From assembly GCA_963844035.1 (NCBI GenBank), contig CAWJMT010000036.1, positions 181,534-245,533 on the forward strand: DNA of 64,000 nucleotides. Reading direction: 5' to 3'. This DNA comes from an uncultured Gemmatimonadales bacterium (GTDB taxonomy: Bacteria; Gemmatimonadota; Gemmatimonadetes; Gemmatimonadales; GWC2-71-9). The notes under the pieces were generated by a model. It searched no databases and was not told the origin of the DNA. It worked only from the letters and a program-made list of their open reading frames with translations. Numbering within the stretch: the first letter of the stretch is position 1; every line of letters begins with the position of its first letter. The position numbers and the translations under genes are program-made. Below, in pieces: positions 1 to 9,773 of this stretch.

Positions 1-119
1 AGGCGCGCGTCGGTGTCGCGGGCGATTTCGGCGGCTTCGGCGCGCGCTGTGGCGAGCAGCGCCTCGGCCTGCGCCGTCGCTTCGCGCTCCAGTGCGGTGA
101 GCAGATGCTCGAGGGGCAT
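1..119 (-). CDS. V/A-type ATP synthase subunit E, N-terminus (partial, runs off the window)
   Basis: ATG at 119 gives MPLEHLLTALEREATAQAEALLATARAEAAEI..., a helical subunit E-like start; lies directly downstream of subunits I and K. Confidence 0.75.
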   Translation of the reverse strand, partial: MPLEHLLTALEREATAQAEALLATARAEAAEIARDTDAR

Positions 120-130
120 GGCTAGGGAGG

Positions 131-219
131 CGCGAGTGAACTCGCGGCTCGGCACCTGCCCGTAAACGGGCACGGCATGGCCGCTTCAGCGGCAGGGCCG
201 AGCCGCGGCTTCAGCCGCG
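131..219. repeat. REP-like multi-hairpin intergenic element, copy 1
   Basis: Hairpins CGCGAG-TGAA-CTCGCG, GCCCG-TAAA-CGGGC, GCCGC-TTCA-GCGGC and CGCGGC-TTCA-GCCGCG; first 39 nt recur at 32021 with 2 mismatches. Confidence 0.75.
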
Positions 220-237
220 ACATTCGGGTCGACCAGT

Positions 238-459
238 TCACGCCGTCTTCCCGAGCAGGATGAGCACGGCGACCACGAACCCGAGAATGACCATCGTCTC
301 AGGGATCGCAATCATCAGGATCGCCGTGGTGGAAAGCTCGGGCTTCTCGGCCATGCTCGCCGCGATGGCCGGTCCGATGCGGGACTGCGCCCACGCGGTT
401 GCGAGCGCGGGGATCGCCACGGCGAGGGCCGCAGCCAGTACGGTAAACAGGACGTTCAT
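238..459 (-). CDS. V/A-type ATP synthase proteolipid subunit K/c (73 aa)
   Basis: GGAG RBS and ATG at 459; two TM helices with AWAQSRIG and IPETMVI (ion-binding Glu). Confidence 0.9.
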   Translation of the reverse strand: MNVLFTVLAAALAVAIPALATAWAQSRIGPAIAASMAEKPELSTTAILMIAIPETMVILGFVVAVLILLGKTA

Positions 460-485
460 ATAGACGCTCCTATCGAGGGCCGGTG

Positions 486-2376
486 CTACCGAACGTCGTG
501 GGTCCAGCGCCCGAACGGCTCGTATCGAACGCCGCCCGGACTGTAGAACTTCCCGAAAAACTCCACGTAGTGCAGACGCAGCGCGTGAATCGTCGGGCTG
601 AACAGCGCGATCGCGAAGTTGACGAAGTGAAACAGCAGGGCGAACACGATCGCCGACCGCGACGCTGCCGACCGACCCGACCATGCGATTCGCGACCACC
701 GCGAGCATGACCGACGCGACGCCCAACGCCATGATACGGGCATAGCTCAGGATGTTGCCGATCGAGGTGAGCAGCTCGATCGGCGCGACCAGGCCCTCGA
801 GCACGATCAGCACCGGGAAGGCCACGAGCAGGCCAATCGATGCCGGCGTGAAGAACGCCCGGGGGAGAACATCTACTGCGGCGAGCAGGGCCAGGATGAT
901 CAGCACGAGCATCAGCGCGGACAGCCCGCTGCCCAGCGCCGCGCGGGGGTGCCGCCGCAGGTTGCTCGCGACGCTCAGACCGAAGCCCAGCAGGATATGC
1001 ACCGCCCCGATCGCGACGGCGAGCAGGAGGAAGGGGATCAGCGCTTCCTCGCGGTTGAATGCGATCGGCTGCATGCCGAACCAGCGATGTCCCAGGTCGC
1101 CGAAGAATTCCCCGAACAGAAAGCCCGCAATGATCGCAAAGAGCGCACAGGGTCCGATGATCTCGGAGACATTGCGCAGGAGCGACCCCGGCTTGGATCG
1201 GGCGTGCAGCAGGAGCCCGAGCACAGCGAGCACGAGCCCGTATCCCACGTCGCCCATCATCAGGCCGAAAAAGGCCGGAAAGAACACGGCGACGAAGGGA
1301 GTGGGGTCGATCGTGCCGTACCGCGGCAGCGGCATGATGCGGATCAGCGCCTCGAATGGGCGGAGCAGGCGCGGGTTTGCGAGCACCACGGGGGCGTCCT
1401 GCGATTCCCATTCTTCGCTCGACAACGCGCTCACGACGACATCGTCGCCGAACCCGGTGTGGATAGCCGTCTCCAGGTCCTTGCGGGCGCGCGCCGGTAC
1501 GAACCCCTCGAGCACGAATGCGCGCGCCGTCACCCCGGAGAGCGGCAGGACGCCGAGCTCCTGTAGCCGGTCGTGCAGGCCGGCCCGCGCGCGCCGCAGC
1601 TCGCCGCCAAGCTCCCGGGCGAGGCCCTCGCGCTCGCGCCGCACCTTCTCCTGTTCCTGCGGGATCTCCCCCAGGCGGGCGAGCATCCGGGGAATCGCGT
1701 CCGTCAGAGACGCGCCGCCATAGGCCGCAGGAATGGGGATTTCTTCAACCCGCGCTTCGGCCATGAGGCGCTCCACACTGCCTGCCGCCCGCGCCGACAC
1801 CACGACCAACAGCGCGGTCTCACCGGTCGGAAGCGGCTGCGTATAGAGCTGATACTCGTCCCCGATCACCGCCGTCAGACTTGTCCGCAGTTTGCGCAGC
1901 GACTCCGTGTCGCCGTGTTTCAAGAGCACGTGGTACGCGGTGGCGTTCGGCCACCGCGCCTCGCTCTCGAGCGACGCTCTGAACGCGGAGAAGAAGTGCT
2001 GATACTTGAGGATGAGGGCGCGCTCCTCCTCGAGCGCGGTGGCTTGCGTCTTGAGCCGCTCGGCGGCGCGGCGCGCCCGCCACGCGAGCCGGGCCCAGCG
2101 CGCGAAGTCGGTCGTCGTCGGGGCGGACCCGCGGGGTGCGGCCCCCGACCCAGCCGGGAGGCCCAGCTCCGCCATCGCGTGCTCGACGTCCTCGATCGCC
2201 GCGATCAGATGGCGGCGCTCGCGTTGCTGCTCCGCCGAGAGTTGCAGGGCGGTGAGCGGCTGCCCGGCGGTGGGCGCCGCCAGGTGGAGAATGCCGAGGT
2301 CTTGCAGGGCGCGCAGTACGGCGGGCAGGCGCTCGCGGGGGCCGAGTATCCGCACCTTCGACATTTTGATGATCAC
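486..2376 (-). CDS. V/A-type ATP synthase subunit I/a (apparent frameshift ~652)
   Basis: PRYGTIDPT, GDVGYG and NILSYARIMALG motifs; C-terminal HALRLHYVEFFGKFY is in a second frame. Confidence 0.92.
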
Positions 2377-2741
2377 GCCCCAACTCCGATCGCGCGCTCC
2401 ACGACGTAGCGTGCCAGGGCGTCGATCTGTTCGGGGCCGGTCTGGTCAAAACGCAACGCGTCGCGCCGCGCCGCCTCCATGACCTCCTGCTCCTGTCGTT
2501 GCCGCTCGGCCTCGATCGTTGCCTCGAGTTCGCGACAGATCGCGTCGATACTGGCTACCAGGGCGGCCTCGCGTGCCGCCGCAGCCTCCTGCGCGGTGGT
2601 GATCAGTCCCGCTGCTTGCGCCCGCGCGCGGCACAGCATCTCCTCGAGCCGGGCCTCGGCATCGAGCAGTCGCGACAAGTCCGCAGCCCCCTCAGAGGGA
2701 GCGGACGGGCTCGACTGCTTGCTCTGCGAACGACGGATCAC
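2373..2741 (-). CDS. V/A-type ATPase peripheral stalk subunit G/H-like coiled-coil protein
   Basis: Ala/Glu/Arg coiled coil; first gene of the operon, overlapping the subunit I start. Confidence 0.65.
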   Translation of the reverse strand: MIRRSQSKQSSPSAPSEGAADLSRLLDAEARLEEMLCRARAQAAGLITTAQEAAAAREAALVASIDAICRELEATIEAERQRQEQEVMEAARRDALRFDQTGPEQIDALARYVVERAIGVGA

Positions 2742-2772
2742 CAGAATGTGCTCCGGTGCGGTGTGTGACTAC

Positions 2773-2827
2773 AGTCTCGCTGGAAGCGAGTCGGGCAAGA
2801 GTGAAGAAGACAGAAAGATTCCTTCAT
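2773..2827 (-). promoter_or_regulatory. Phased CTTCA-box promoter for the V/A-ATPase operon
   Basis: Minus strand ATGAAG-N4-CTTTCT-N5-CTTCAC-N5-CCCGAC-N11-GAGACT. Confidence 0.55.
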
Positions 2828-2835
2828 GCGGGTAC

Positions 2836-3726
2836 ATGACCGTATCGCGGCGTGACGTCTGGGTACGGATGCTCCTGTACCCGCGCCATACGCTGCCGAC
2901 GGCGGCGGCGCCGGTGCTCGTCGCCCTGGGGCTCGCGCGGCGTGACGGCATGACGGCGTGGTGTCCCGCGCTGGCGGCGTTCGTCGCGGGGTGGCTGGTG
3001 CAGCTCGGCGGCGTCATCGCCGACAACTACTTCAACCTCACCCGCCATCCCGAAGATCGCGAGCATGCGCTCTTCGTGCAGGCGCTCAATGCGGGTGTGG
3101 TGAGCCTGTTGGAGCTCCGGCGTGCAATCTGGGCCTGCTACGCCGGGGCGGCGGTGGTGGGCCTTTACCTCATCTCCGTAGGTGGCCTGCCGGTGCTCGT
3201 TGTGGGGCTCGCGAGCATCGTCGCGAGCCTGGCCTACTCGGCCGGCCCCCGCCCGCTCGGCGACAACGGCCTGGGGGATCCGCTGTTCTTCTTGTTCTTC
3301 GGCATCGTGTCCGTGACGGCCACCTACTACGTGCAGGCGGGCGCCGTAACGCACCTCGCGCTCGTCGCGAGCCTGCCGGTCGGGGCCCTGACCACGAACA
3401 TCCTCGTCATCGACAACATCCGCGATCTGGAGCACGACCGCGCGAAGAACGAGCGCACCCTTGCCGTGCTCATCGGGCCGCGCTGGAGTCGGGCGGAGTA
3501 TCTCGTGCTGCTTGCGATCGGGTACGCGATCCCGCTCTGGATGTGGCTCGATTGGGGGGTGGGGCGCCTCGTGTTGCTTCCGCTGTTGTCGATCCCGTAT
3601 GCGGTGGTGGTCGCGCGGCGGGTGCTGCGCGCGCGGACCCACGACGAGATGATTCCCCTGACCCCGCAGGCGGGACAGGTCCTGCTCGCGTACTGCGTTC
3701 TATTCGGGGTCGGCCTCGCCGCCTGA
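2836..3726 (+). CDS. menA: 1,4-dihydroxy-2-naphthoate polyprenyltransferase (UbiA family)
   Basis: AYSAGPRPL, GLGDPLFFLFFG and NILVIDNIRDLEHDRAKNERTLAV motifs; multi-TM. Confidence 0.85.
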   Translation: MTVSRRDVWVRMLLYPRHTLPTAAAPVLVALGLARRDGMTAWCPALAAFVAGWLVQLGGVIADNYFNLTRHPEDREHALFVQALNAGVVSLLELRRAIWACYAGAAVVGLYLISVGGLPVLVVGLASIVASLAYSAGPRPLGDNGLGDPLFFLFFGIVSVTATYYVQAGAVTHLALVASLPVGALTTNILVIDNIRDLEHDRAKNERTLAVLIGPRWSRAEYLVLLAIGYAIPLWMWLDWGVGRLVLLPLLSIPYAVVVARRVLRARTHDEMIPLTPQAGQVLLAYCVLFGVGLAA

Positions 3727-3733
3727 CCGGGCC

Positions 3734-4819
3734 TTACGCGCCGTCACGGCGGGGGTAGTCCGTGTAACCCCGCGCGTCCCCACCATAGAACGTGCTCGGA
3801 TCGGGCTGGGTAAGGGGGGCGCCCGCGGCGAATCGCTCGGGGAGATCGGGGTTGGCGATGAACGGCCGCCCGAACGCGACGAGGTCCGCGGCGCCGCTCG
3901 CGACCGCGCCGTCGGCTGACTCCTTCTTGTAGCCACCGTTCGCGATCAGCGGGCCCCGGAATCGAGCACGGAGTAACGGCGTGATCGGGGGTGCGGGGAC
4001 CGCTGGTTCGAGCGGCTCGAACACGTGGAGGTACCCAAGGCCGAAGCCGTTGAGCGCGGCGGCCGCGTGTCCGAAGGTGGCCGCGGGGTCGCTGTCTGCC
4101 ATGTCGTGCAAGGGACTGGCGGGCGAGAGCTGAATCCCCACGCGTCCTTCCCCCCATGCCTCACACACCGCCTGCGTCACCTCGAGCAAGAATCGCACGC
4201 GGTGCTCGACCGGTCCGCCGTATGCGTCCGTGCGGCGATTCGATCCGTCACGCAGGAACTGGTCGATCACGTATCCCTGCGCTGCGTGCAGCTCGACGCC
4301 GTCGAAGGCGGCGTCGTGGGCGAGGCGCGCGGCGCGCGCGAACTCCCCCACGATGTCTCTGATCTCACCGAGATCGAGCGCGTGCGGCACGACGAAGGGT
4401 TGACGACCCAGCGGGGTTGCGATTGTGCCGGCCGGCGCGATGGCGGACGGGCCGGCCGGCGAAACGCCATCGGGAAGCACCGCCGGGTGCGTCGCCCGGC
4501 CGGCGTGCCAGAGCTGCAGGAATATCCGACCGCCGCGGTCGTGCACTGCGTCGGTGACCTGCCGCCACGCGCGGGCATGGGCGTCGCTGTAAATCCCCGG
4601 GGCTCCCTCGGATCCGATGCCACGAGGCGAGATCCACGTGGCCTCCGTAATGATCACCCCCGCCGAGGCGCGTTGCGCGTAGTACTTCGCCATGAGGGGC
4701 GTGGCGAGACCGCCCGCCGCGGCGCGGCGGCGGCTCATTGGTGCCATGACGACGCGGTTGGGCAACTCGAGGGGCCCGAGCTGGACGGGGGAGAGGACGC
4801 CAGGAGGGGACGGGGTCAT
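3734..4819 (-). CDS. Old yellow enzyme / alkene reductase (NemA-like)
   Basis: NRVVMAPMSR, QLWHAGR, FDGVELHAAQGY, NRRTDAYGG and GYTDYP motifs. Confidence 0.92.
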   Translation of the reverse strand: MTPSPPGVLSPVQLGPLELPNRVVMAPMSRRRAAAGGLATPLMAKYYAQRASAGVIITEATWISPRGIGSEGAPGIYSDAHARAWRQVTDAVHDRGGRIFLQLWHAGRATHPAVLPDGVSPAGPSAIAPAGTIATPLGRQPFVVPHALDLGEIRDIVGEFARAARLAHDAAFDGVELHAAQGYVIDQFLRDGSNRRTDAYGGPVEHRVRFLLEVTQAVCEAWGEGRVGIQLSPASPLHDMADSDPAATFGHAAAALNGFGLGYLHVFEPLEPAVPAPPITPLLRARFRGPLIANGGYKKESADGAVASGAADLVAFGRPFIANPDLPERFAAGAPLTQPDPSTFYGGDARGYTDYPRRDGA

Positions 4820-4857
4820 GGACGGCAAGATGCACGATATCGCGATTGTCCGTCACC

Positions 4858-4912
4858 CTGAGGCACCCCTCATACCACCTTTAGGCCACGTTCAGCACCG
4901 CCTTCCTACATA
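4858..4912 (+). promoter_or_regulatory. Phased CTTCA-box array
   Basis: CTGAGG-N4-CCTCAT-N5-CTTTAG-N5-GTTCAG-N11-TACATA (weak -10). Confidence 0.6.
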
Positions 4913-4942
4913 TGGACACGTCATCCAACTGCCAGGTGTCCC

Positions 4943-6115
4943 ATGCTGATCGATCGGTATCTCCCGCGCTTCGACGTAACCCAGATCTGCGAGGTGAGGG
5001 TTGACGCCCCACCCGATGTGACCTACCGCGCCATTCGCGAGGCGGACCTGAGCGATCCACTCGTCAACGCGCTGTTCGCGATCCGTGAGTTTCCCCTCCG
5101 CATGGCGCGCCGGTGGCGCGGCGTGGCGGCCCCGCCGGCACCCGCGAAGGTGATGTTCGGAACCATGATCACCGCGGGGCCGGGGTGGGTGCTGTTGGCC
5201 GAGGAGCCCGGTGTTGAATTCGTGGTCGGATCGGTTGGCCGGTTCTGGCGGCGGGACTACGGTGGCCGGCCGTTCCAGACCGATGAGTTCGTCACGTTTC
5301 ACGAGCCGGGGTACGCGAAGTTGGCGATCACCTTTTCGGTCCAGCGCGCCGCGACCGGTGGGACGATGCTTCGCTACGAAGCGCGGACCGCTACCACAGA
5401 TGCGGCGGCGCGGCGGACGTTCCAGCGGTACTGGCGCGTCATTCGTCCCGGCGTCGCGTTGGTGATGTGGCGCGCGCTGCGGAGCATCAAGCTCGAAGCG
5501 GAGCGGCGGGCGGGCAAACCGGCGCCGTCTCACGCCGGGTGGCTCGATACGGTAAACCCGGTGCGCGCGACGCCTGTCGAGCGAAACCGGTCGCTACCAG
5601 GCGATCAGCTGATTCCGGAGGCGATCGGCTCGTTCACCCACGCCATCACCGTGAAATGCGAGCGACGGGATCTGTGGCCCTGGCTGGCGCAAATGGGTGC
5701 GGGCCGCGCCGGCTGGTACAGTTACGACTTCATCGACAACGGCCACGAACCCAGCGCCATGGAGGTCCGGCCGGACCTGCAGCAGATCGGGGTCGGGACT
5801 CTCTTCCCCGGGCTGCCGGGCGTGCAGGATGGGTTCCGCGTCGTGGAGTGTGAGCGGGAGCGGGCGCTCGTCCTCGGCTGGCCGTCGCCCGACGGCTCTT
5901 ACGGGTCCACATGGGCGTTCGTGCTCGAGGATGCCGGACCGGGTTGCACCCGGCTGATTGCGCGCGCTCGTGGCGCCCATGGCTATCAGTTCCACCATCT
6001 GCCGCTGTGGCTCATCAAGGCGGGGCACTACGTCATGCAACGCAAGCAGCTGCGTGGGCTCGCGTGGCGGGCCGAGCACCGCACGCCCCCCGTGCCTCTG
6101 GAGACATGCGCTTGA
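4943..6115 (+). CDS. Two-domain hypothetical protein (DUF2867/SRPBCC-like folds)
   Basis: N-domain ends in RTATTDAAARRTFQRYW; C-domain has LWPWLAQMGAGRAGWYSYD. Confidence 0.7.
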   Translation: MLIDRYLPRFDVTQICEVRVDAPPDVTYRAIREADLSDPLVNALFAIREFPLRMARRWRGVAAPPAPAKVMFGTMITAGPGWVLLAEEPGVEFVVGSVGRFWRRDYGGRPFQTDEFVTFHEPGYAKLAITFSVQRAATGGTMLRYEARTATTDAAARRTFQRYWRVIRPGVALVMWRALRSIKLEAERRAGKPAPSHAGWLDTVNPVRATPVERNRSLPGDQLIPEAIGSFTHAITVKCERRDLWPWLAQMGAGRAGWYSYDFIDNGHEPSAMEVRPDLQQIGVGTLFPGLPGVQDGFRVVECERERALVLGWPSPDGSYGSTWAFVLEDAGPGCTRLIARARGAHGYQFHHLPLWLIKAGHYVMQRKQLRGLAWRAEHRTPPVPLETCA

Positions 6116-6822
6116 CGTCGCGTCATCGGATTCGCTCAGCCGCCTCCTGGCTCGGCGTTGGGATCGCGCTCACCGCGGCGACATACGCGGCGTATGCCGC
6201 GGTCGCGTGGCTGCGGTACGGCACTCCGTCGCAGCCGGCCCGGCCGGAAGATGCGGACGCGCTGCTCGATCGGTTCATTCCTTCTTATGAGGTGGCCGAG
6301 CGCCACCACGTGCGGGTTGCCGCGCCGGGCACGATCGTCCTCGGTGCGGCGAAGGACATGGACCTGCTGCATGCGCCCCTCGCGCGGTGGATCTTCCGCG
6401 GGCGGGAGCTCGCGATGGGCAGCACACCCGACACTCAAGTGCGGCCGCGGGAGCTGCTGCCGCTGGTGCAGTCGCTCGGGTGGGGCATCCTCGCCGAAGT
6501 CCCCGGGCGGGAAGTGGTGGTAGGCGCGGTCACGCAGCCGTGGGAGGCGAACGTGGTATTTCGGTCTCTTCCCCCCAACGAGTTCGCGGCATTCAACGAG
6601 CCGGGGTGGGTGAAGATCGTGTGGACGCTACGCGCCGATCCGCTCGGGGCGGATGAGTCCGTCTTCCGTACGGAAACGCGCGTCGCCACCACCGATCGCG
6701 AGGCCCGTGCCAGGTTCCGCCGCTATTGGGCATTCGTCTCGGCCGGGATCGTTCTGATCCGGTGGATGATGCTCGAGCCACTCAAGGCCGAGGCCGAGCG
6801 CCGGGCGGTGGCGCACCCGTGA
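6106..6822 (+). CDS. Membrane-anchored paralogue of the preceding gene's N-domain
   Basis: N-terminal TM segment; TETRVATTDREARARFRRYW resembles the upstream gene. Confidence 0.75.
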   Translation: MRLTSRHRIRSAASWLGVGIALTAATYAAYAAVAWLRYGTPSQPARPEDADALLDRFIPSYEVAERHHVRVAAPGTIVLGAAKDMDLLHAPLARWIFRGRELAMGSTPDTQVRPRELLPLVQSLGWGILAEVPGREVVVGAVTQPWEANVVFRSLPPNEFAAFNEPGWVKIVWTLRADPLGADESVFRTETRVATTDREARARFRRYWAFVSAGIVLIRWMMLEPLKAEAERRAVAHP

Positions 6823-7736
6823 AGCGCGCGAGCGAGTTGTGGCTGTCGGTGCTGATCGTCGTGCTCGGCGTGCCCGTTCATCTCACCGGCTTGCTTGTCC
6901 CGACGATTTACCGCGACCCGGCCGTGCTCTTGCCGCAGAACCTGGGCACGGACCTGGTCACTCTGCTGGTCGGTCTCCCGCTGCTCGCCGCTTCAACAGT
7001 CGGCATGCGCGCGGGGTCGCTGCGCGCCCGCATCCTCTGGCTGGGCGCCCTCGGACTGTTGGTCTACGTCTACGGGATGTATGCGCTGGGGGTCTGGTGG
7101 AACGAGCTGTTCCTCGTCTACGTCGCGCTGTTCGGTCTCTCGCTGTTCGCGTTGATCATCGGGCTCGTGAGCACGGACGCGGTGCGGATTCGCGCCGGCT
7201 TCGTCATGCAGGCCCCGGTACGGTCGGTGGCCGCGTACCTGATCGCGATCGCAGGTATGGTGGCAGCGATGTGGCTTGCGGAAGAAGTGGGTGCGCTGCT
7301 GCGCAGCACGGTGCCGCCGACGGTGCTGCAATTCGAGGCCCCCACGAACATCGTTCACGTGTTCGACCTGGGTCTAGTCCTGCCCGCCATGGTCCTCGCC
7401 GCCCTGATGCTCCTGCGGGACCAGCCGTGGGGTTACGTGCTGGCGGGGATGCTGCTCGTCAAGGCGGCATCCATCGGCCTCTGGGTGGTGGCCATGATCT
7501 GGTTCTCCGCTCGACAGGGGTTCGGCGCGCCCGCCGCGTACACAGGGTTCTTCGTGTTGTTGACCATCGCCGGCGGCATACTGAGCTGGCGCTTCTTGCG
7601 CGCGCTCAAGCCGCTCCGAACGCCGTGTCGCCGCTCGCTTCTCTCACCCTCCATCGAGCGAGGACCCACCAATGACCACTGCAACCGCCGCGATGCGCCC
7701 TCCAGGCGCTTGGGCGCAGGATCCGCCCCTGGATAG
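6819..7736 (+). CDS. Polytopic membrane protein (3' end uncertain)
   Basis: GTG overlaps the upstream stop; about 8 hydrophobic segments; tail overlaps the next gene, so a frameshift is possible. Confidence 0.7.
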   Translation: MKRASELWLSVLIVVLGVPVHLTGLLVPTIYRDPAVLLPQNLGTDLVTLLVGLPLLAASTVGMRAGSLRARILWLGALGLLVYVYGMYALGVWWNELFLVYVALFGLSLFALIIGLVSTDAVRIRAGFVMQAPVRSVAAYLIAIAGMVAAMWLAEEVGALLRSTVPPTVLQFEAPTNIVHVFDLGLVLPAMVLAALMLLRDQPWGYVLAGMLLVKAASIGLWVVAMIWFSARQGFGAPAAYTGFFVLLTIAGGILSWRFLRALKPLRTPCRRSLLSPSIERGPTNDHCNRRDAPSRRLGAGSAPG

Positions 7737-8649
7737 ACCTTCAGGAGCTGCCGAAGCATCTCGCCAACGTGCTCCCGTTCCTGCTCGGCACAACGCTCGC
7801 GTACTGGCAGGCCGGGCGAATCGACTGGCTGGTGTTCGGCGTGGCATTGGTCGCGCTGTTCCTGCTCACCGACGGCACGTACATCGCCAACGAGTACTTC
7901 GACTACGAGAACGACAAGCTGAACGTCGGCCGCATCGGCGGCGCCGACGCGGTGGGCGTGACGACGACCGGTGGGACGCGCGTGCTCGTCAAGGGACTGA
8001 TCCCGCGGCGGCACGCGCTCATCGCCGCCGTGAGTCGCGTTCCTCCTGGCGATCCCCGTCGGGTTGTTTCTCCGGTTCGGACTCGGCACCGGTCCGCTGA
8101 CGATTCCGCTTGGGCGTGCTGGCGGTCTTCATCGGCTGGTTCTATACCGCTCCACCGATCAAGGCATGCTACCGCGGCTTCGGCGAAATCTTCATTGCGG
8201 TGGGGCAGGGGCTCGTGGTGTTCGGCGCGTACTACGTGCAGCTCGGGTTTAGCACTCTGCCGTTGATCGTGTCGTTGTCCTGGTTCATTGCGCTTCCGGC
8301 CCTCAAGATCATCCGTGAGTTCCCGGACTACGACGCCGATCGCGCCACCGGCAAACGCGGTCTGACGCTCCGGTTCGGCCGCGAGCGAATGGCCGTCGTG
8401 TACGACATCCTCATCGTCCTGGCGGTGCTGGCGTTCATCCCGACGTATTTCGTGCTGCGGTCACCCGCGTATTGGGCGGTACTGCTGCCGGCGTACTTCC
8501 TGCTGCGCAGTGTGCGCCTGACCATGGCGGGGGGCTGGCGTGTGCCGGACCGACTGGAGGCGGGCGCGGCGGCAGGATTCATCGGCATGCTGCTCATGCC
8601 GCTGGCGCTGACGGCCGCGTTCCTGGGTGCTGCGGTGCTGGGGCGGTGA
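7672..8649 (+). CDS. Second MenA-like UbiA prenyltransferase (frameshifts ~7712, ~8037, ~8110)
   Basis: ANEYFDY, WFYTAPP, RGFGE and EFPDYDADRATGKRGL motifs spread over several frames. Confidence 0.8.
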
Positions 8650-8704
8650 GTACCCGATCGTTCCTCATCAGCACATCCGCACAATCACCCGGCCAGCAGC
8701 AGCA

Positions 8705-8917
8705 TCACCGCGAGTGCGACAGGCATCGCGGTGATGCTATCCGGCGCGGGCGGCGACCGCCCCGAGCTTTCCAGGCGCGGACCTGCGCAGCGAGCTTGGG
8801 CGGCATCGAGCGGCACGCACAGTGTTTCGCGTGGGCGTCGTGCCACGAAAGCCGCTGCGAGAGCGTCGCGTTGGGCGGCATCGGGTGTTTGGCGTGCCAG
8901 GTCGCGTTCATATGCAT
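8705..8917 (-). CDS. Small His/Cys-rich hypothetical protein
   Basis: WHAKHPMP...WHDAHAKHCACR; follows the upstream stop directly. Confidence 0.6.
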   Translation of the reverse strand: MHMNATWHAKHPMPPNATLSQRLSWHDAHAKHCACRSMPPKLAAQVRAWKARGGRRPRRIASPRCLSHSR

Positions 8918-8918
8918 C

Positions 8919-9485
8919 CTACCGGATGTGACGGACGACGCCCAGCACGAGACCGATGTCGTTCCGCGTTTCAGACTCCTGTCCGGCGAACGGCGGCTGA
9001 TAACAGTAGATGTTGCCGCGCGCCTCGAGCCGCACCGCCGTCTTGCCGGCCTGCAGCTCGGCGCCTACGGCGCCGTATCCTGCCGTGCACGTATTGTTCG
9101 ACACGTTCGGGTCGGCGTATGCGTACGTCCGGCCACCAGCTCCGAGGGCGACGAACGGTTTGAGGAGATGCTCTCCATAGACCAACCGAGTGAGACCCAC
9201 CTCGATCCCCAGCGTGTACTGCAGAATGCTGACGTGGGGGTTGGTGAACGCGTACTCGACCTCGCTCGGCGCCCAGCCGAACGATGCGACCGCATGCACG
9301 GCCGGCCGCAACTCCATCGCTGCCTCCAGGCCCAGGATGGGGGCGTCGGTGAACAGGTCATGTTGTGCACCCGTCGCAATCAGGGCACCGGTGAACCCCC
9401 GAATCTCGGGAGTGGACCTCGCCTGGGCCGGCAGCGCGGTTGCCGCCGCCACGAGCAGTCCGAGTAAAACCGCAACCGATTTCAT
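8919..9485 (-). CDS. Outer-membrane beta-barrel protein
   Basis: AAGGAGG RBS; signal peptide (..ALPAQA); alternating beta-strand pattern. Confidence 0.7.
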   Translation of the reverse strand: MKSVAVLLGLLVAAATALPAQARSTPEIRGFTGALIATGAQHDLFTDAPILGLEAAMELRPAVHAVASFGWAPSEVEYAFTNPHVSILQYTLGIEVGLTRLVYGEHLLKPFVALGAGGRTYAYADPNVSNNTCTAGYGAVGAELQAGKTAVRLEARGNIYCYQPPFAGQESETRNDIGLVLGVVRHIR

Positions 9486-9536
9486 GGGTCCTCCTTATGC
9501 CGAGGTGAGGCAGAACCGAACCATCGTACTGGGTGA

Positions 9537-9591
9537 ACGATGGCGGTGCGTTTGTTACGTCAGCGTGAACGGAATGTGATGGTGGCGTCAG
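9537..9591 (-). promoter_or_regulatory. Phased CTTCA-box promoter
   Basis: Minus strand CTGACG-N4-CATCAC-N5-GTTCAC-N5-CGTAAC-N11-CATCGT. Confidence 0.5.
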
Positions 9592-9673
9592 AGAGGGCCG
9601 AAGGCTCGGTGCGCCGAGTTGACGAACACCGTACATCGGTGGATGATTTGCTGGTGGGAGGACTGACCGCTTG

Positions 9674-9728
9674 ATGAAGACCTCTTCATACGGCCTTCGC
9701 GACAGTCAGGCGACCAGTCCCCTAGTGT
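9674..9728 (+). promoter_or_regulatory. CTTCA-box promoter of the hydrogenase operon
   Basis: Perfect ATGAAG-N4-CTTCAT, then N5-CTTCGC-N22-TAGTGT. Confidence 0.75.
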
Positions 9729-9773
9729 AGCTCCGGCAGCGTCACGCTGTACCACCGCCTTCGGAGACTCCGC

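Noticed and set aside
238..2376. 712-aa subunit I-K fusion
   Set aside because: Frameshift artefact; subunit I ends in another frame at 486 and K has its own RBS
9671..9684. FNR box (TTGAT half-site)
   Set aside because: No ATCAA second half; better explained by ATGAAG-N4-CTTCAT
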